Below, piece by piece: positions 1-13,532 of a stretch of DNA of 63,350 nt; the stretch's first letter is position 1; each line of letters begins with the position of its first letter. The position numbers and the translations under genes were made by a program. Source of the stretch: Octopus sinensis (Eukaryota); the NCBI RefSeq assembly GCF_006345805.1, contig NW_021832130.1, positions 1 to 63,350 of the forward strand, in the 5' to 3' direction. Under the pieces are notes generated by a model. It searched no databases and was not told the DNA's origin. It saw only the letters and a list, made by a program, of their open reading frames with translations.

Positions 1-2952
1 CTACAATCAGTGTTGAGTGTAAACCCTGATATCAGTCGCCACTACCACATCTGTCCCCCACCAGTCTGTTGCTGCTGTTGTTGTTGTTTTCTTGACGCTT
101 GTACATAAGAGTAAATACTCCTAAGTCTTCTATAGCAATAACAGGCAACCAGAACAATTAACAGCAGGAAGTTAATGGAGGAAGATACACACGAGCTGAT
201 ACTATATTGGGTAAGTTTGTCTATACTTTACTGTTGTGCATAACTACTACATATATAAATGTACGTGTGTATATACTTCTACATCTTTTTATATCTTTTC
301 AGGTTTTGTAATGTTTCATTGTAAGGAGCCGGGGGACCCTTCAACCCGACAGATCAATAGTGATGGTACTGCTGGTCGGTGGCACACAGCAGCTTATATA
401 CTAAGAGAATCTTATGGTGTTTTGGGTGGTTGCAGAGAGTGCACTGTTTATCAAATTACGCTTTGGTTTTTACTGTAGGGTCACCTGAAGCCTGAAACGA
501 ATACACCTTTCTGGTTGTCAAAATGCCTAATTATTCAAGATGTTGCTAGTGCCTGAAATAAAGAAGTCTCCGTTTTTTTTAAAATTTCAGTAGATACTGG
601 ATGTATTTTTTTTAAAGTTTGAATTAGGTTGTCTATTACCGAAGTTTTTTTTTTTGTTTTTATTTTATAATTATTTATTTATTAGATTCTGAATTTTACG
701 TACGATGTCTGCTGTAATTGCAATAACATGGATACTTTCGTTTATGGATAAAGGCCAGGCTGGCATTTCTTATGATCTTTCTTTTTACTTAGAATACTTA
801 CTTAAAGCATATTGTGATCAATAATAGTTAGGCACTATCATTCTAATAAATTTTTTGAAGTGTTTCCGAGAGAATTCTAAGTTTAAATGTTTTTTAATGT
901 TCTGTTGGCAGCATGTAGAATGTAATAACGTGGAGAATGCATAGAATGACAAATGTTAGGAGAAACCTTCAAAGGAAGATTTGTCGATTACAATTTTTTT
1001 AAGATTTTCTATAAATTCTACATATTAGTTTCATGAAAATCTGTTTTAATTATTGGTTCTCAGAGATTACTTAGAAAAATACTCGTTCAGGTGTCAAACG
1101 ACACTTGGATTCTAGCAGAGTAATTGGTAAAAATACCTGAGCATGTATGCGCGTGTGAATTAAACAGAATGCTTTATCAACATAATTTGTTCTTCATCCA
1201 TTAGTTACAGTTTAAGGAAATTCAAACATATTAAAAAAAACTAACAAAACTTTCATCTTGGGAGAAAGTAAGGGTGCGTGTGTAATTAATAATTGTGGGA
1301 AATTTTAATTGCAGTTTTTATAAGAACCGCAGAAGACTTCAGTGAATTACAGTGACAGAATAATAATTGTCTTTCATAATACAGGGGTTGATAGAGAGTG
1401 GTCCGAATTGAGAAAGAGAGACTATCGGAAGATGTTGATAGGAAACAATGAAGTAAAAGAAAATAAGTGAATATATGGCGATTATATTGGATAGAAGTAG
1501 TGGAGGTGGTTGTAATCGATGGTAGTGGTGTCATACACTGTGTTAATGCCGCTGATAAGATGCTAAGCAATGTTTTGTAATAATAATGATGTCGAAAGCT
1601 TTTGTGTTGTATTATAGAGTTCCTGGTTATTTGGTGACCGCGATATTCGGCTCTGGTTGTTTTGTTGTTCAGTCTGTAATAGTGAATATTAAGGTGGTGA
1701 TGACGGCGGTTCTGAGAGAGAGAAGGAGAGGGGATAAAAACGAGCGAACACGAGAGATGTTAGCCTAAACAGAACACGTAGAGCTTGCTTAGTACAAGAA
1801 ACCCAGCGTGTGTTAGTATGAGGAGAGGAGGAGATGGAGAAAAAGAGAGAAGGAAGCAGGCTACGTCACCAGATGAATATTGAATTGCAATTGGAGCTAA
1901 CGGCACCCCTGGGGGATGTTCCCTAGGGAGGCGACCTTTCGCATACTGAGTCAGACGCGTGATTTGGGTACGGTTTCTAGCCGTTTTAGTTCGGTTAGAA
2001 TAACAGTGTATTTTTAGCTAGAGAGAAAGGGAGAAAGGAATATGCCCGTATTCACCAATAATACAGTCGAATGTTTTTTTTTTTAATGTTGTTTTTATCC
2101 TATGAGAACCAAGTCACGCTGGCCACTGCCATTCACAGCACAAGTCGGCTGGGCATTTACTACCACTCTTTCTTCCACTCCTTCTTTCCTCTACTTCTCC
2201 AGTCCCCCGATGGAAGCAGTGGTAGGTGGATTCCTTATTCTATGCCATCTTTAGTAGCCATGGTATAGTGAGTGGGCACTCAAGAGGCGGGATATTTCTC
2301 TCTATAGAAGGCGTATCTCATATGGATTACATAGAGAGGAAATCGACTGAATTAAGGCGGAAGAAAGTAGTTTTTAAGTTTGGCTCTCTTTTCTGCTGCT
2401 GCTGCTGCTTCCACACTTTTTCCCTCCTTCCCTCTCTGTTTCTCCAATACTTTCTTCTCCACTCACATGCTGAACTTGAAACACTTTCACTTTATATGTA
2501 AACACATGTATGCACATGCGCAGTTGCTTAGCCAGGGGCAAGTAACTCCATGAAGAGGCCGGTAGGGGTGTGTACGTGCCTACATCCATTGGTTGCATCA
2601 TTGGAAAACAGCACACGCAGAAAATTATTTAGTGCGTTGCATAGACTTGCACGTGTAGCAGTAACTGATTGCGTACAAAATCTACGTCTCTTATACAGTC
2701 GTATATATTATTACTTTTTATAAACTTCTGCTTTCCCGTAAAAAGTAACGCATTTTGCAAAGCCATTTACATATCTATCCCATTGTAAGTAATATGATAG
2801 AAATATATTTATATATCTATGAAATGCACGAGACAGGTGAATGTAAGATGATGTAATTAAGCCCTTGGTTATTTACAACTAAACATACCTGTATAATGAA
2901 AGATGTCCCAGCTATTCTTTTAGTCGAAAATATTATAGAAAATATTACACAC

Positions 2953-3001
<49 letters not shown>

Positions 3002-4192
3002 CTACACATCGGTTACTCCTCATTTGTTTACACCCAAAATCGATTTATGCGTAAATTCTGCAAAGACCTGCGACCCTAGTTTTGCTTGTCTCCTTTATCA
3101 GACATTGGTTTAATTAGAGGGTGTAAGTGCGGTTAATGTGACTTACAGTTTCTTCAGGTTAACGAGCTAGGTAATTTCAGGACGTACTAGGTGTAACGTT
3201 GACGCTCACCCTTAAAGGTAATGAAGTAAAGATTTTAAGAAATATATTTATTCTAAGTATTATATGTTGTCGAAATAAAAATTACAGTTTATCTTATGTG
3301 CTAATGCAATATTACATGTGTTAGCAAACTGTGTTAACCTCTGTTTTCGTTGCTAATAGCTGCGCTGTGTTGTCATCGCTCATCTATTTTCTTTTCCTTT
3401 TTCTTTTTTTCTTGGTATGCTGTAATATCATGTGGTGAGTAAAATGAAACAGGCGTCTATGACGCTACTAAATAAAATCGAGTGGCAAGACAACAGCATG
3501 AAGCCCACCCAGAGAGTAATTTTTGGACGTACTCCGTACACTGTTTACACGATTCAAAATATAAATGCTCACTGTTATTTTAGAGGAGATCATTTTTATT
3601 CTTTACTTATTGCTATTTATAAACATAATATCCTGTCATTTAAACATAATTTATATATTTATATATTTTTATTCCACGTAGGCATTAAGAAAAATGCTAC
3701 ATCATCATTGGATTTCAGGTTCGATCTCAGTGCTCAGCAAGGTAGTCAAGTGCTTTCTGACATAACCTTCAGGTGATCAATACCTTATGAGCGGAACTGA
3801 GTACTCGGAGGAAAAGAGAGTATAGAAAACATGTTATATGTATAGATAATAAAACATTATTCACTATCACGGTTCGATACTACTTTAATTTTTTTTTTCT
3901 AGTGTGTCACTAGACGCTTCTTTGTTACTTGAATCGCGAAGAATGTATCGTTGCTTGAATTTTCCTTGGGAGAAAGCTGCGTGTAGAATAACTGAAGCAA
4001 ACCCGCGAACATTTAACTGAAATTTTTACTGCCGGTTATCAAGATATTTGGTGTTGGATATTTACAACGAACAATATCAATAATTGCTGATTGGGAAAAA
4101 GAAAAACTACTTTGAAATTATAGAAAGCTATGTATTGACAACATGCGCGTGTTCCAAAAATGTACGAAGTCATCTGGGCAAATCCCCGTGGT

Positions 4193-4261
4193 GACGTGCG
4201 TCCACTCTTACCATGGACAGAGGTCCATTGGGTGTTTGCATGGTAAGAGTGGACGCACGTC
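4193..4261. repeat. Perfect 23-bp inverted repeat with 23-nt loop (69-nt hairpin)
   Basis: GACGTGCGTCCACTCTTACCATG (4193-4215) is the exact reverse complement of CATGGTAAGAGTGGACGCACGTC (4239-4261). Confidence 0.95.
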
Positions 4262-4517
4262 TCAGTTAGTTACCTTCTGCGATTAATTGAGCGCCCCATA
4301 ACGGTTTTTATTGGGAACAAGAGGTTTTATTCTAGAACAATCAAGAAAACAATGTTACGTCACAGCCTCACGCCGATTGGTTGATTTATAGACCGATCAC
4401 GTGAAACTGTGGTGGTCCACTCGTGGTGTTTGACCAAATATCCGGCTGTAAGGTTTCGAAGTGGTTCATGAGAAATTCACGTAGTTTCCATATTCCTATA
4501 TACATTACGCAACTCAA

Positions 4518-4749
4518 GGGCGACGAGCTGGCAGAAACGTTAGCGCGCCGGGCGAAATGCTTTGCGGTATTTCATCTGCCGTTACGTTCTGAGTTCAAAT
4601 TCCACCAAGGTCGACTTTGCCTTTCATCCTTTCGGGGTCGATAAATAAAGTACCATTTACGCACCGGGGTCGATGTAATCGACTTAATCCCTTTGTCTGT
4701 CTTTGTTTGTCCTCTCTATGTTTAACTCTTTGTGGGCAATAAAGAAATA
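4518..4749 (+). mobile_element. tRNA-derived SINE, family A, with 21-bp target-site duplication
   Basis: Head GGCGACGAGCTGGCAGAAACGTTAG with A-box-like and GAGTTCAAATTCC B-box-like motifs; tail ends AAAGAAATA; flanked by TATATACATTACG(C/T)AACTCAA at 4497-4517 and 4750-4770; many copies in the window. Confidence 0.9.
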
Positions 4750-4799
4750 TATATACATTACGTAACTCAACGTAATGAATAAGTGAAATAACTACAACT

Positions 4800-4861
<62 letters not shown>

Positions 4862-4866
<5 letters not shown>

Positions 4867-6658
4867 TTCGACTGCAGCTACGGTACAGCCACAATCGCGT
4901 GCGAAGACGTGTCTGTTGCGAACACATAATTTTAGACTCAGACCAATTGCGCCGAACTATGAGCATGTGTTTTTTACAATAACTCCGGGCCGACGGATGT
5001 CTTGAGAGTGAATTTGGCGGAAATTGTGTAGAAGCCCGTGGGGTGTGTGTGTGTGTGTGTACCTATGTATGTATGTATTATCTTTTACTTGCTTCTGTTA
5101 TTGGACTTCAGTGTTTAGTCGAACAAATCAACCCTAGCACTAATTTTCTTTTTGAGTCTGGTACTTATTCTATCGGTCTTTTGCCGAACCGGTAAGTTAC
5201 GGAGGTGTAAAGAAGCCAACACTCTGTCTGATGGTGCTTGGGGATAAACAAATGCATACATACATATATACGGCGGGCTTCTTTCAGTTTCCATCTACCA
5301 AATCCACTCACAAGACTTGGTCAGCCTGAGGCCCCAGTAAAATATATTTACCCAAGGTACCATGTATTGGGACTGAACTTAAAGCCATGTGCTTGGGAAG
5401 CAAACATCTTGCCGCACAGCTACGCCTGCACCTGTGAATGTGTGTACTCGTCCCCATACATCTTGGCAATGTGCGTTCGTTTTCGTTTTTAGTCGTAATG
5501 TTGTGTTTCTGCAAAAAGAAGTCGATAAAATAGGTGTTAGGCTTAAAAAATCGCTGGAGTTGGATTGTTTGAGTAAAACCTTCAAGTTGGTATACAACAA
5601 GGCTGCAGTTCAATAACCGAACAAATTAAAACATCAATATAAATATGTGTGTATATATAAATGTATATGTTTATGTATATTTATGATATATATTCATATG
5701 TGAGTGTGTATGCATATTCTTATATTTATGTATATTTGCATATATATATATATATAATATATATATATATATTATATATATATTATATGAGTTCGACTGC
5801 AGCTACGGTACAGCCACAATCGCGTGCGAAGACGTGTCTGTTGCGAACACATAATTTTAGACTCAGACCAATTGCGCCGAACTATGAGCATGTGTTTTTT
5901 ACAATAACTCCGGGCCGACGGATGTCTTGAGAGTGAATTTGGCGGAAATTGTGTAGAAGCCCGTGGTGTGTGTGTGTGTGTGTACCTATGTATGTATGTA
6001 TTATCTTTTACTTGCTTCTGTTATTGGACTTCAGTGTTTAGTCGAACAAATCAACCCTAGCACTAATTTTCTTTTTGAGTCTGGTACTTATTCTATCGGT
6101 CTTTTGCCGAACCGGTAAGTTACGGAGGTGTAAAGAAGCCAACACTCTGTCTGATGGTGCTTGGGGATAAACAAATGCATACATACATATATACGGCGGG
6201 CTTCTTTCAGTTTCCATCTACCAAATCCACTCACAAGACTTGGTCAGCCTGAGGCCCCAGTAAAATATATTTACCCAAGGTACCATGTATTGGGACTGAA
6301 CTTAAAGCCATGTGCTTGGGAAGCAAACATCTTGCCGCACAGCTACGCCTGCACCTGTGAATGTGTGTACTCGTCCCCATACATCTTGGCAATGTGCGTT
6401 CGTTTTCGTTTTTAGTCGTAATGTTGTGTTTCTGCAAAAAGAAGTCGATAAAATAGGTGTTAGGCTTAAAAAATCGCTGGAGTTGGATTGTTTGAGTAAA
6501 ACCTTCAAGTTGGTATACAACAAGGCTGCAGTTCAATAACCGAACAAATTAAAACATCAATATAAATATGTGTGTATATATAAATGTATATGTTTATGTA
6601 TATTATGATATATATTCATATGTGAGTGTGTATGCATATTCTTATATTTATGTATATT

Positions 6659-6700
<42 letters not shown>
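4862..6700. repeat. Near-identical direct tandem duplication, unit about 925 bp
   Basis: Sequence starting ATGAGTTCGACTGCAGC at 4862 recurs at 5787; ORF track shows identical peptides offset by 923 nt (5238/6161, 5308/6231); unit bounded by (TA)n tracts. Confidence 0.95.
5075..5430 (-). mobile_element. SINE family B copy (duplicated at about 5998-6353)
   Basis: Matches the other family B copies (CGGCGGGCTTCTTTCAGTTTCC..CTACCAAATCCACTCACAAG; GAACCGGTAAGTTACGG). Confidence 0.8.
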
Positions 6701-6705
<5 letters not shown>

Positions 6706-7149
6706 GCACACACACACACATGCTTTATATATACGTATGTATGTATATGTGTGAATATATATGTGTGTTTGTGTATACATATATAAATATGTTTGCATAT
6801 GTATTCGTATGTAACATGCTTCATATATGTAAATATATTTGGACAGATATTTACATACCTATATATATAGAGAGAAAGATCTGCATGTATATAAACATAT
6901 GTATATGCGCGATGATCGCTTCATTCTTACAGATGATAGCTGTTTCAATTAATCTACGTCATCCCGATAATCCCCTTTATGTCTGTGTGCTCTGAGATGA
7001 CTCTTAAGATCAGCAGTTGACCTGCAGGACTTCAAACATATGTGACAAGGTTTATGTAGCTTGTTGTATGGTAATCTTACGCACTTTCATCTGCCTTTTC
7101 AAATCAGGGCTACTCTGACATTTTTCTCACAAATACGCAGGTATTGTTA

Positions 7150-8690
7150 CCGCAAAAAAGTGATAATCATTCTTAGGTGCGTCTTGATTGCGCTAATTAC
7201 TGCGTGATCTATGTAGCCAGCTTTTGACATATCTGCCACAAAGGTTGCATTTGCAACTCTTAATCCCATGTGGTGCATCTATGATACCTTCCTTTAGCAA
7301 GGTACGTATTAACCTGTACATGGTGCCTTTTACTTATCTCAAAACTAGCAATATCTTCTCTCACCAGAGACCTCCTTCCATTTCTCTCAGTTGCTTTCTT
7401 TTCCCAGAATTAAACAGTTATTTTCAATTTCACTAAGTTGTCGTAAATACATTCCTAGTAACGTTTCTTTGGCTAGTTTTCCAAATTGTAACTCTCCATA
7501 AAATGATTGCTCAGATGGTCTCACACTTGACATACCTACGAGTTTCTCTGCCTGTCGCATTTGATTTTGTATTATGTATGACTTAATAAACACTCAGCCA
7601 GCCCGCTGAAGTATTTCCGTATCTGATAGCAAATCTTCCTATTTTCCCTTCAGTATTCTTCTGAGGCATTTTTGGTGGACTCTCTCAAACATTTTTACAT
7701 GCCTCATATGAGTAGTCTATATAAGACTGTTGTCATAATGATTGCTTAAACGCTGAATTTTGTGTCAACTGTAATACCTCTGTTGGATCATAGCCCTTTC
7801 TAAAGTTTGAAAAATGCTGTGTTTACTTTTTTGGCTCTCGGTATAATTTCAAAAATTCAGACTGCAATTTCTGGGTAGTGCACTTCTAATATCGTATTTT
7901 TCATGTAGATAGTATCTGCACTTAGAGTTGACCAGGTGCTGGCGCGAACATCGTCTTCGTCTTTTTTTAACTTTAAAATGACAATGCATTCGGCAGAAAG
8001 ACCTTTCCATCATCACCTACATATCTTCTGTAAATGCTATGAAGTCAACATCATCTATATTCAAAAGTTCTCTAACTAGAGCCAGAAATCTGTCTGATTT
8101 ACTACTGAACATCATGCGCAAGTCGAAAATCTTTCTCGACGTTTGAAAGCTTATTTTAACATATTAAAAACAGTTTGGAAAGATATAAGATAACAATGCA
8201 GTGCAACATATTGAAAAAAAATGGAGTTAGAATGTCATCTTCCTTTTTTGGTACAGCTTAAACATGAGCACAAATTTTAATGGACAGCCAAGTTCGTGAA
8301 GGATCACCCACGAAGACTGACCGTATCAAACGTCAACTAGTACATGTTAGAGGTCAACTAGTACATGTTAGTACACTCGATGTTCAACACATTTCTTCTG
8401 AAGTTGCTTAACCGAGAAAATCATGTCCATTATGTCTCTTCTGCCCCGGAAGTGAGATTGAATTGTCGGTAAAATTATGGAACAATTGTCACGCATCATA
8501 GGGTTTGACATTACTGTCGAGAGAACTTTAATCACAGATTCTAACAGGATAGTACTATGGAAATTATCACGTAAAAACTTAGGTCCTTTGCCTTTATATC
8601 AATCCAATCCTGTGGAATCGGAATCCTCTTCTAACATGCATCAGTCATCCTATGTATTGCAGATGCTACAATGCTGCTTCCTGCTTTCAA
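7150..8690 (-). mobile_element. Decayed RTE-clade non-LTR retrotransposon (RT to C-terminus)
   Basis: Minus-strand fragments IPQDWID, DMIFSVKQLQKKCVEH, FDTVS, VRELLNIDD (RELLFADD-like), VKKTKTMFAPAP, FYGELQFGK and a C-terminal KCNLCGR..SKAG..H; multiple stops and frameshifts. Confidence 0.85.
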
Positions 8691-8700
8691 GAATTCTCTG

Positions 8701-8741
<41 letters not shown>

Positions 8742-8839
8742 TATATATATATCGATATCTATACAGGTATATATGTGTTTGTGTGTATCTATTTCACACA
8801 CACACACACACAGGCACAAATATTATTTTTAAACAGACT

Positions 8840-8927
8840 CTTGTTGACAGTGACTTTGAAATTTCGACCAGCTAAGCCATCGTGGGACTGCTTAGCTGGC
8901 CGAAACTTCGAAGTCACTATCAACAAG
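8840..8927. repeat. 38-bp imperfect inverted repeat with 12-nt loop
   Basis: CTTGTTGACAGTGACTTTGAAATTTCGACCAGCTAAGC pairs with GCTTAGCTGGCCGAAACTTCGAAGTCACTATCAACAAG; 4 mismatches, all transitions. Confidence 0.9.
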
Positions 8928-9053
8928 GTTCTTGTTTAAGAAAGATGAATTTGTACTCTAAGAGTAACCCATCAAAGACAGGTGTGTAAACAACAAACAG
9001 GTGTATTAGCATATATATATATATATATATATATACATTTATTTATTTATTTT

Positions 9054-9189
9054 ATTCTTTTATTTGCTTCAGTCAATTGACTGCGGCCATGCTGGAGCAC
9101 CACTTTTATTCGAACAAATCGAACCGCTAAGTTACGGGGATGTAAACACACCAACATCGGTTGTCAAGTGATGGTGGGGGAGAGACACT

Positions 9190-9224
<35 letters not shown>

Positions 9225-9382
9225 GACGGGCTTTTTTCAGTTTCCGTCTACCAAATACACTCATAAGGCTTTGGTCGGCTCGATGCTATAGTAGAAAACA
9301 CTTGCCCAAGGTGCCACCCAGTGGGACTGAACCCGGAACCATGTGGCTGGTAAACAAGTTACCACAGGGCCACTCCTGCGCC
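9054..9382 (-). mobile_element. SINE family B (tRNA head, CORE-like CACCTTGGGCAAGTG segment, internal (CA)n)
   Basis: Reverse complement reads GGCGCAGGAGTGGC..GGTTCCGGGTTCAGTCCCACTGGGTGGCACCTTGGGCAAGTG; internally deleted in the 3' half. Confidence 0.9.
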
Positions 9383-9398
9383 TATATATATATAGGTA

Positions 9399-9554
9399 TA
9401 GGATTGGCTGTGTGGTAAGTAACTTGCTTACCAAACACATGGTTCCGGGTTCAGTTCCACTGCGTGGCACCTTGGGCAAGTGTCTTCTACTATAGCCTTG
9501 GGTCGACCAAAGCCTTGTGAGTGGATTTGGTATACGGAAACTGAAAGATGCCCG

Positions 9555-9588
<34 letters not shown>

Positions 9589-9810
9589 ATATGTGTGTAT
9601 GTGTTTGTGCGCATGTTTGTCATCCCACCACCGCTTGACAACCGATTTTGGTGTGTTTACATCCCCATGAATTAACGGTTCGGCAAAAAGAGAGTGATAG
9701 AATAAGTACTAGGCTTATAAAGAATAAGTCCGGAGGTCGATTTGTTCGACTGAATGTGGTGCTCCAGCATGGCCGCAGTCAAATGACTGAAACAAATAAA
9801 AGAATAAGGG
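9399..9810 (+). mobile_element. SINE family B, near full length, head-to-head with the previous copy
   Basis: TGGCTGTGTGGT (A box), GGTTCAGTTCC (B box), GGCACCTTGGGCAAGTGTCTT, central (CA)n, tail GCTCCAGCATGGCCGCAGTCAAATGACTGAAACAAATAAAAG. Confidence 0.9.
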
Positions 9811-10004
9811 AATATATATATTAATATGTATGTGTGCGTGTGTAATAGGTACCGATACACACACACACACACACTTTTCTTGTGAGCAGGAGGCAATATT
9901 GCAGCATCTTCAATACATAGGGTGATAGATGCTTGCTGAAAGGGGATTCCAACTTTACAGGACTGGACTGATGGCATAGGGCCCAAAATACAGGCAAAAG
10001 ACCT

Positions 10005-10345
10005 AACTCTTTACGTCATAACTTCCATGGTATCACTCTGTTAGAATCTGTGATTAAAGTCCCTTTGTTTAGTGAGAACCCTCATTATCTTTCCAGGATC
10101 ATCATCAGTAATGTTTTGAAGCTATTGGATGAAGTACGGTGTTCTTATAGAGTCCAAACGTTTAGAATGTCTTTTTCTCTTTGACACATTCTGGTCAGAA
10201 GCTTCCAATTCCATCCAAGCTTTCTGTACAAAAGATCGCGCAACATTTAGAAAGTTGGCAATTTCTAAATCGCTGTGTACCACATATATAACAGCAATGA
10301 CAGCATGTATTTTCACTTATGTAGCATTTTCTCTATCATATCCTC
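10005..10345 (-). mobile_element. Tc1/mariner-superfamily transposase N-terminal remnant
   Basis: ORF 10122-10316: HSDLEIANFLNVARSFVQK..ELEASD..SKRKRHS.R.D.IRTP, then NITDDDPGK; resembles the paired-like HTH region of Tc1/mariner (maT-like) transposases. Confidence 0.6.
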
Positions 10346-10785
10346 AATAAGCAAATTGATGGAAGCTGTGTCTAATGTGTGGACTAGTGTAATTTCTTTT
10401 AACAGAGTTGTGTGCCCGGTGCTTTAGACTGAGCGAAGGTAAAACGTTAGGTTGAGATAATACGATAAACACCAAGTCAAAGGCTTATATCACAGTAAAG
10501 GTGTCATCACAGTAAAAGAATAACAGTCAGCAGTATTGGCGACGTTGATACCTTTGGACTGATAATAAGAGTGTAGATGAAGACAAGTGAAATGTAATTG
10601 TGAAGAACCACGATGGATTTGCAAGTCCTCACTAGGACCATCTATTATGGATGAAGAAACAGAAGCATTAAGACTGGCAGTGAAGAGTAGAAAACCCAAC
10701 GGTTATAGTTTGGCAGCAAGTGCCACTCGAATGCTTTTACTTTGAAGATTTTTAGAGAGAGAAAGAGAGAGAGAGAGAGAGAAAG

Positions 10786-10829
<44 letters not shown>

Positions 10830-11890
10830 AGAGAGAGAGACAGAGGAAGAGCAGCAGGCGGCAGAACTAAACAGTATCAGTTATCAAAAACTACTGTTCT
10901 AATTTAACCACCAGTCGAAACTCCGAAAGTGTGGAAAAGATTGCTACGTCTTCGGCTCTAGATGCAGATGATCTCGAATCTCCCACCAGCAGTGCATTCC
11001 AATCCACTTGCAAGTACAGGAAGTAGATGGAGGATGAAGAAGATTGGTAGAAGGTTGAAAAATCTCGACGAGCGAGAGCAAAAATTATGCATAGTGTATG
11101 AAGACTCCGTTCTGGACATGATGATCAGTTCCAAGAACGAACAATGTATCAATGAGATTAGACTTTTTTACATATCCCTCCTGTGTTTGAATTACATTTT
11201 ATTTCAAAATTCCTTTTAAAAAATTGGATGTGCCTTCTACTGTGTGGTGTCACGTAAAACAATGAAAAAAGATGAGAATTTATACTTCATATTTTTTGCA
11301 TAAAGTGGGCGAAAAAAGAGAATTCTTTTTAATACAGTTTGATTGAACTTGCTTGTATTCAACTCATAATGGTGATAGGAGGTAAAGGCAACAACAAGAT
11401 GATGATGTGCTTTACGAGAATAATGATTTTAGGTCGATATACAGGAGAGGCAAACGATGAAGTGTTGATGACCAAACCAAAAATTCACCATCGTATAAAA
11501 CTGAAACACCCTGAGGACGTTGGATACCTGCTATCTTGGTCAAAACAAGACCCTGATACAGCAAACCTATCATCAAAAACACTCCAGCCTTCAGCAAACC
11601 GTCTTTTTACGGATAATCTGGGACATTACATACAATGGGCGTGTGATTTAGGTAGAGGGATACTTCGGCCGCTATTTTTAGCGTGTGCGTGTCGAGCGAC
11701 CAGGTAGAGGCTCTTTCATTGGTTCGATTGCGTGATGAGATTTTTTTTACACATATATGTAATATATATATATATCATCGGCAGAAGTTAGAGAGTAAGT
11801 CAAAAGCTGAGAGTTTCGTGTATTGCCACTTATCAAGCACGAATTTAGCCATTGTCACTCTGTAACTTCTGCCTATTATTAATGTGTGTG

Positions 11891-11989
<99 letters not shown>

Positions 11990-11994
11990 GAGAG

Positions 11995-12042
<48 letters not shown>

Positions 12043-13039
12043 GGACACATTCTCAAATATGTTGCTATAAAAACATCTCTGGTTATTAAAAAAGGGTTTT
12101 GTTAGGGGAGATTTTCAGTTTAAATTTTTCTGTTGATGAAGACTCATTGCTTTGTCAGTGGACCCGGAAGTTGTTCGCAAACAGCAGCAATAATTTTCTT
12201 CACCTGAATACACGTAATTGATTGTTTAAAATTACACAAATACGACAACTTTAACACGAAATAACTTCTAAAATACAAAATTTTGTCAAAAACGTTAAGA
12301 GTAAACCCCATTCTATGACACATTCTACCAGTATCCGAAGTTTTAAAGTGTTTAGTTAAAAAAAAAAAATAATTAAAAAATTTGTCTGTCAAATTGAATA
12401 GATCCCACTTCATCAAATATATCAGCTTCCACTTAACTTCATGCAGAAAGCATCTCTGTGAAATTCTTTGATTCCTTCTATTTTACAATATCTACATGTG
12501 CTTTAAGCAAAGCTATTTGTGTACGTATGCATTTCAATAAATGCTACGCCGTTTATTCATATCTACATACTCTCTCCCCTTTTGTGTTTTTCCCCCCCCC
12601 CCAAAGAGACCATAAAAATGTACCAGTCATGTAATGGAGTGATTTTAACTGACTAAAGGTTTCACCTACAAATTTATGGTTTTATGTCATTGTAAAAAAA
12701 AAAAAAAGAAGTTATGAAGCAGGTAGAGGAACGGTAAAAACCAATAACGGTTCCTACAGAATTTAGTTTATTGCTGTGATTAAGTTTAGCAATATAACAG
12801 TTCCTTCTTTCACTCTGCCATTTATAAAGTATACCATTTAGTTCAAAGCAACGATGAAAAGCCAGTCGCCTTTTGGTTGCTTCAATACCCTATGCGCATT
12901 AACGCTCAGTTTGTTCGCCTCTCTCTATCTATTTATTCTTTCACCCATGCACAGTAAGTCTATCGCTCTCCCTGCTTTTCGCCAGAGTTCACTGACTTGT
13001 TTTGTAGTCAAGTAAAATCGTGGGCATTAACATTATAAA

Positions 13040-13400
13040 ATTTCATTGTACACAATGTTAGTGGTATTTTTCATCATTGAAATTATACCCGCAGTGCTCT
13101 GCGTAATTCTTGGTATACTCTCTCTGCGCAATATGTCAATCAGAAAAGATTTAAAATGCAAAAAAAGTTCTTTTACTGAATAACTGATACAAAGATTTAT
13201 CTACTGACTGTCACTACGAAATCCACTCAAAGTAAAAGCTGTAATTGCATAAGGGTAGATGAAAGAGTAGTGTCAGAAAGATGCAGTTTAATTCTTTGCA
13301 CAGGACCAAGTTTCTCCTGTATATTCACCTTTTAGAACCCTGTCACCTGTAATCGTGCGTTCACATAGCTGGGTTATTCGAGTTATTTTCCATTACAAAC
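13040..13400 (-). pseudogene. Helitron PIF1-type helicase C-terminal remnant
   Basis: Minus strand RIKLHLSDTTLSSTLMQLQ..VVTVSR resembles the PRIKLxPSDxxLPFxxxRxQFP..MTINKS motif; heavily decayed. Confidence 0.5.
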
Positions 13401-13532
13401 ACAACTAACCTTATTTATATTGCCCAACAGCATTTCAGTAAATCCCTTTTGCGAGGTTAGAGTATAGAGGGGGTTGCACTCCACCAATGTTACAGCTGTT
13501 AATGAACTTCATTGCAGAATTGTAGAGATTAA

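Noticed and set aside
480-510. CCTGAAG...GAAAC hammerhead-like words
   Set aside because: No stem II between the motifs and no supporting element context.
4518-4600. tRNA gene
   Set aside because: A/B-box-like motifs belong to SINE heads; no cloverleaf or acceptor stem could be built.
10962-11707. 85-aa and 122-aa ORFs
   Set aside because: No recognisable motifs; the second runs into dispersed repeat family D.
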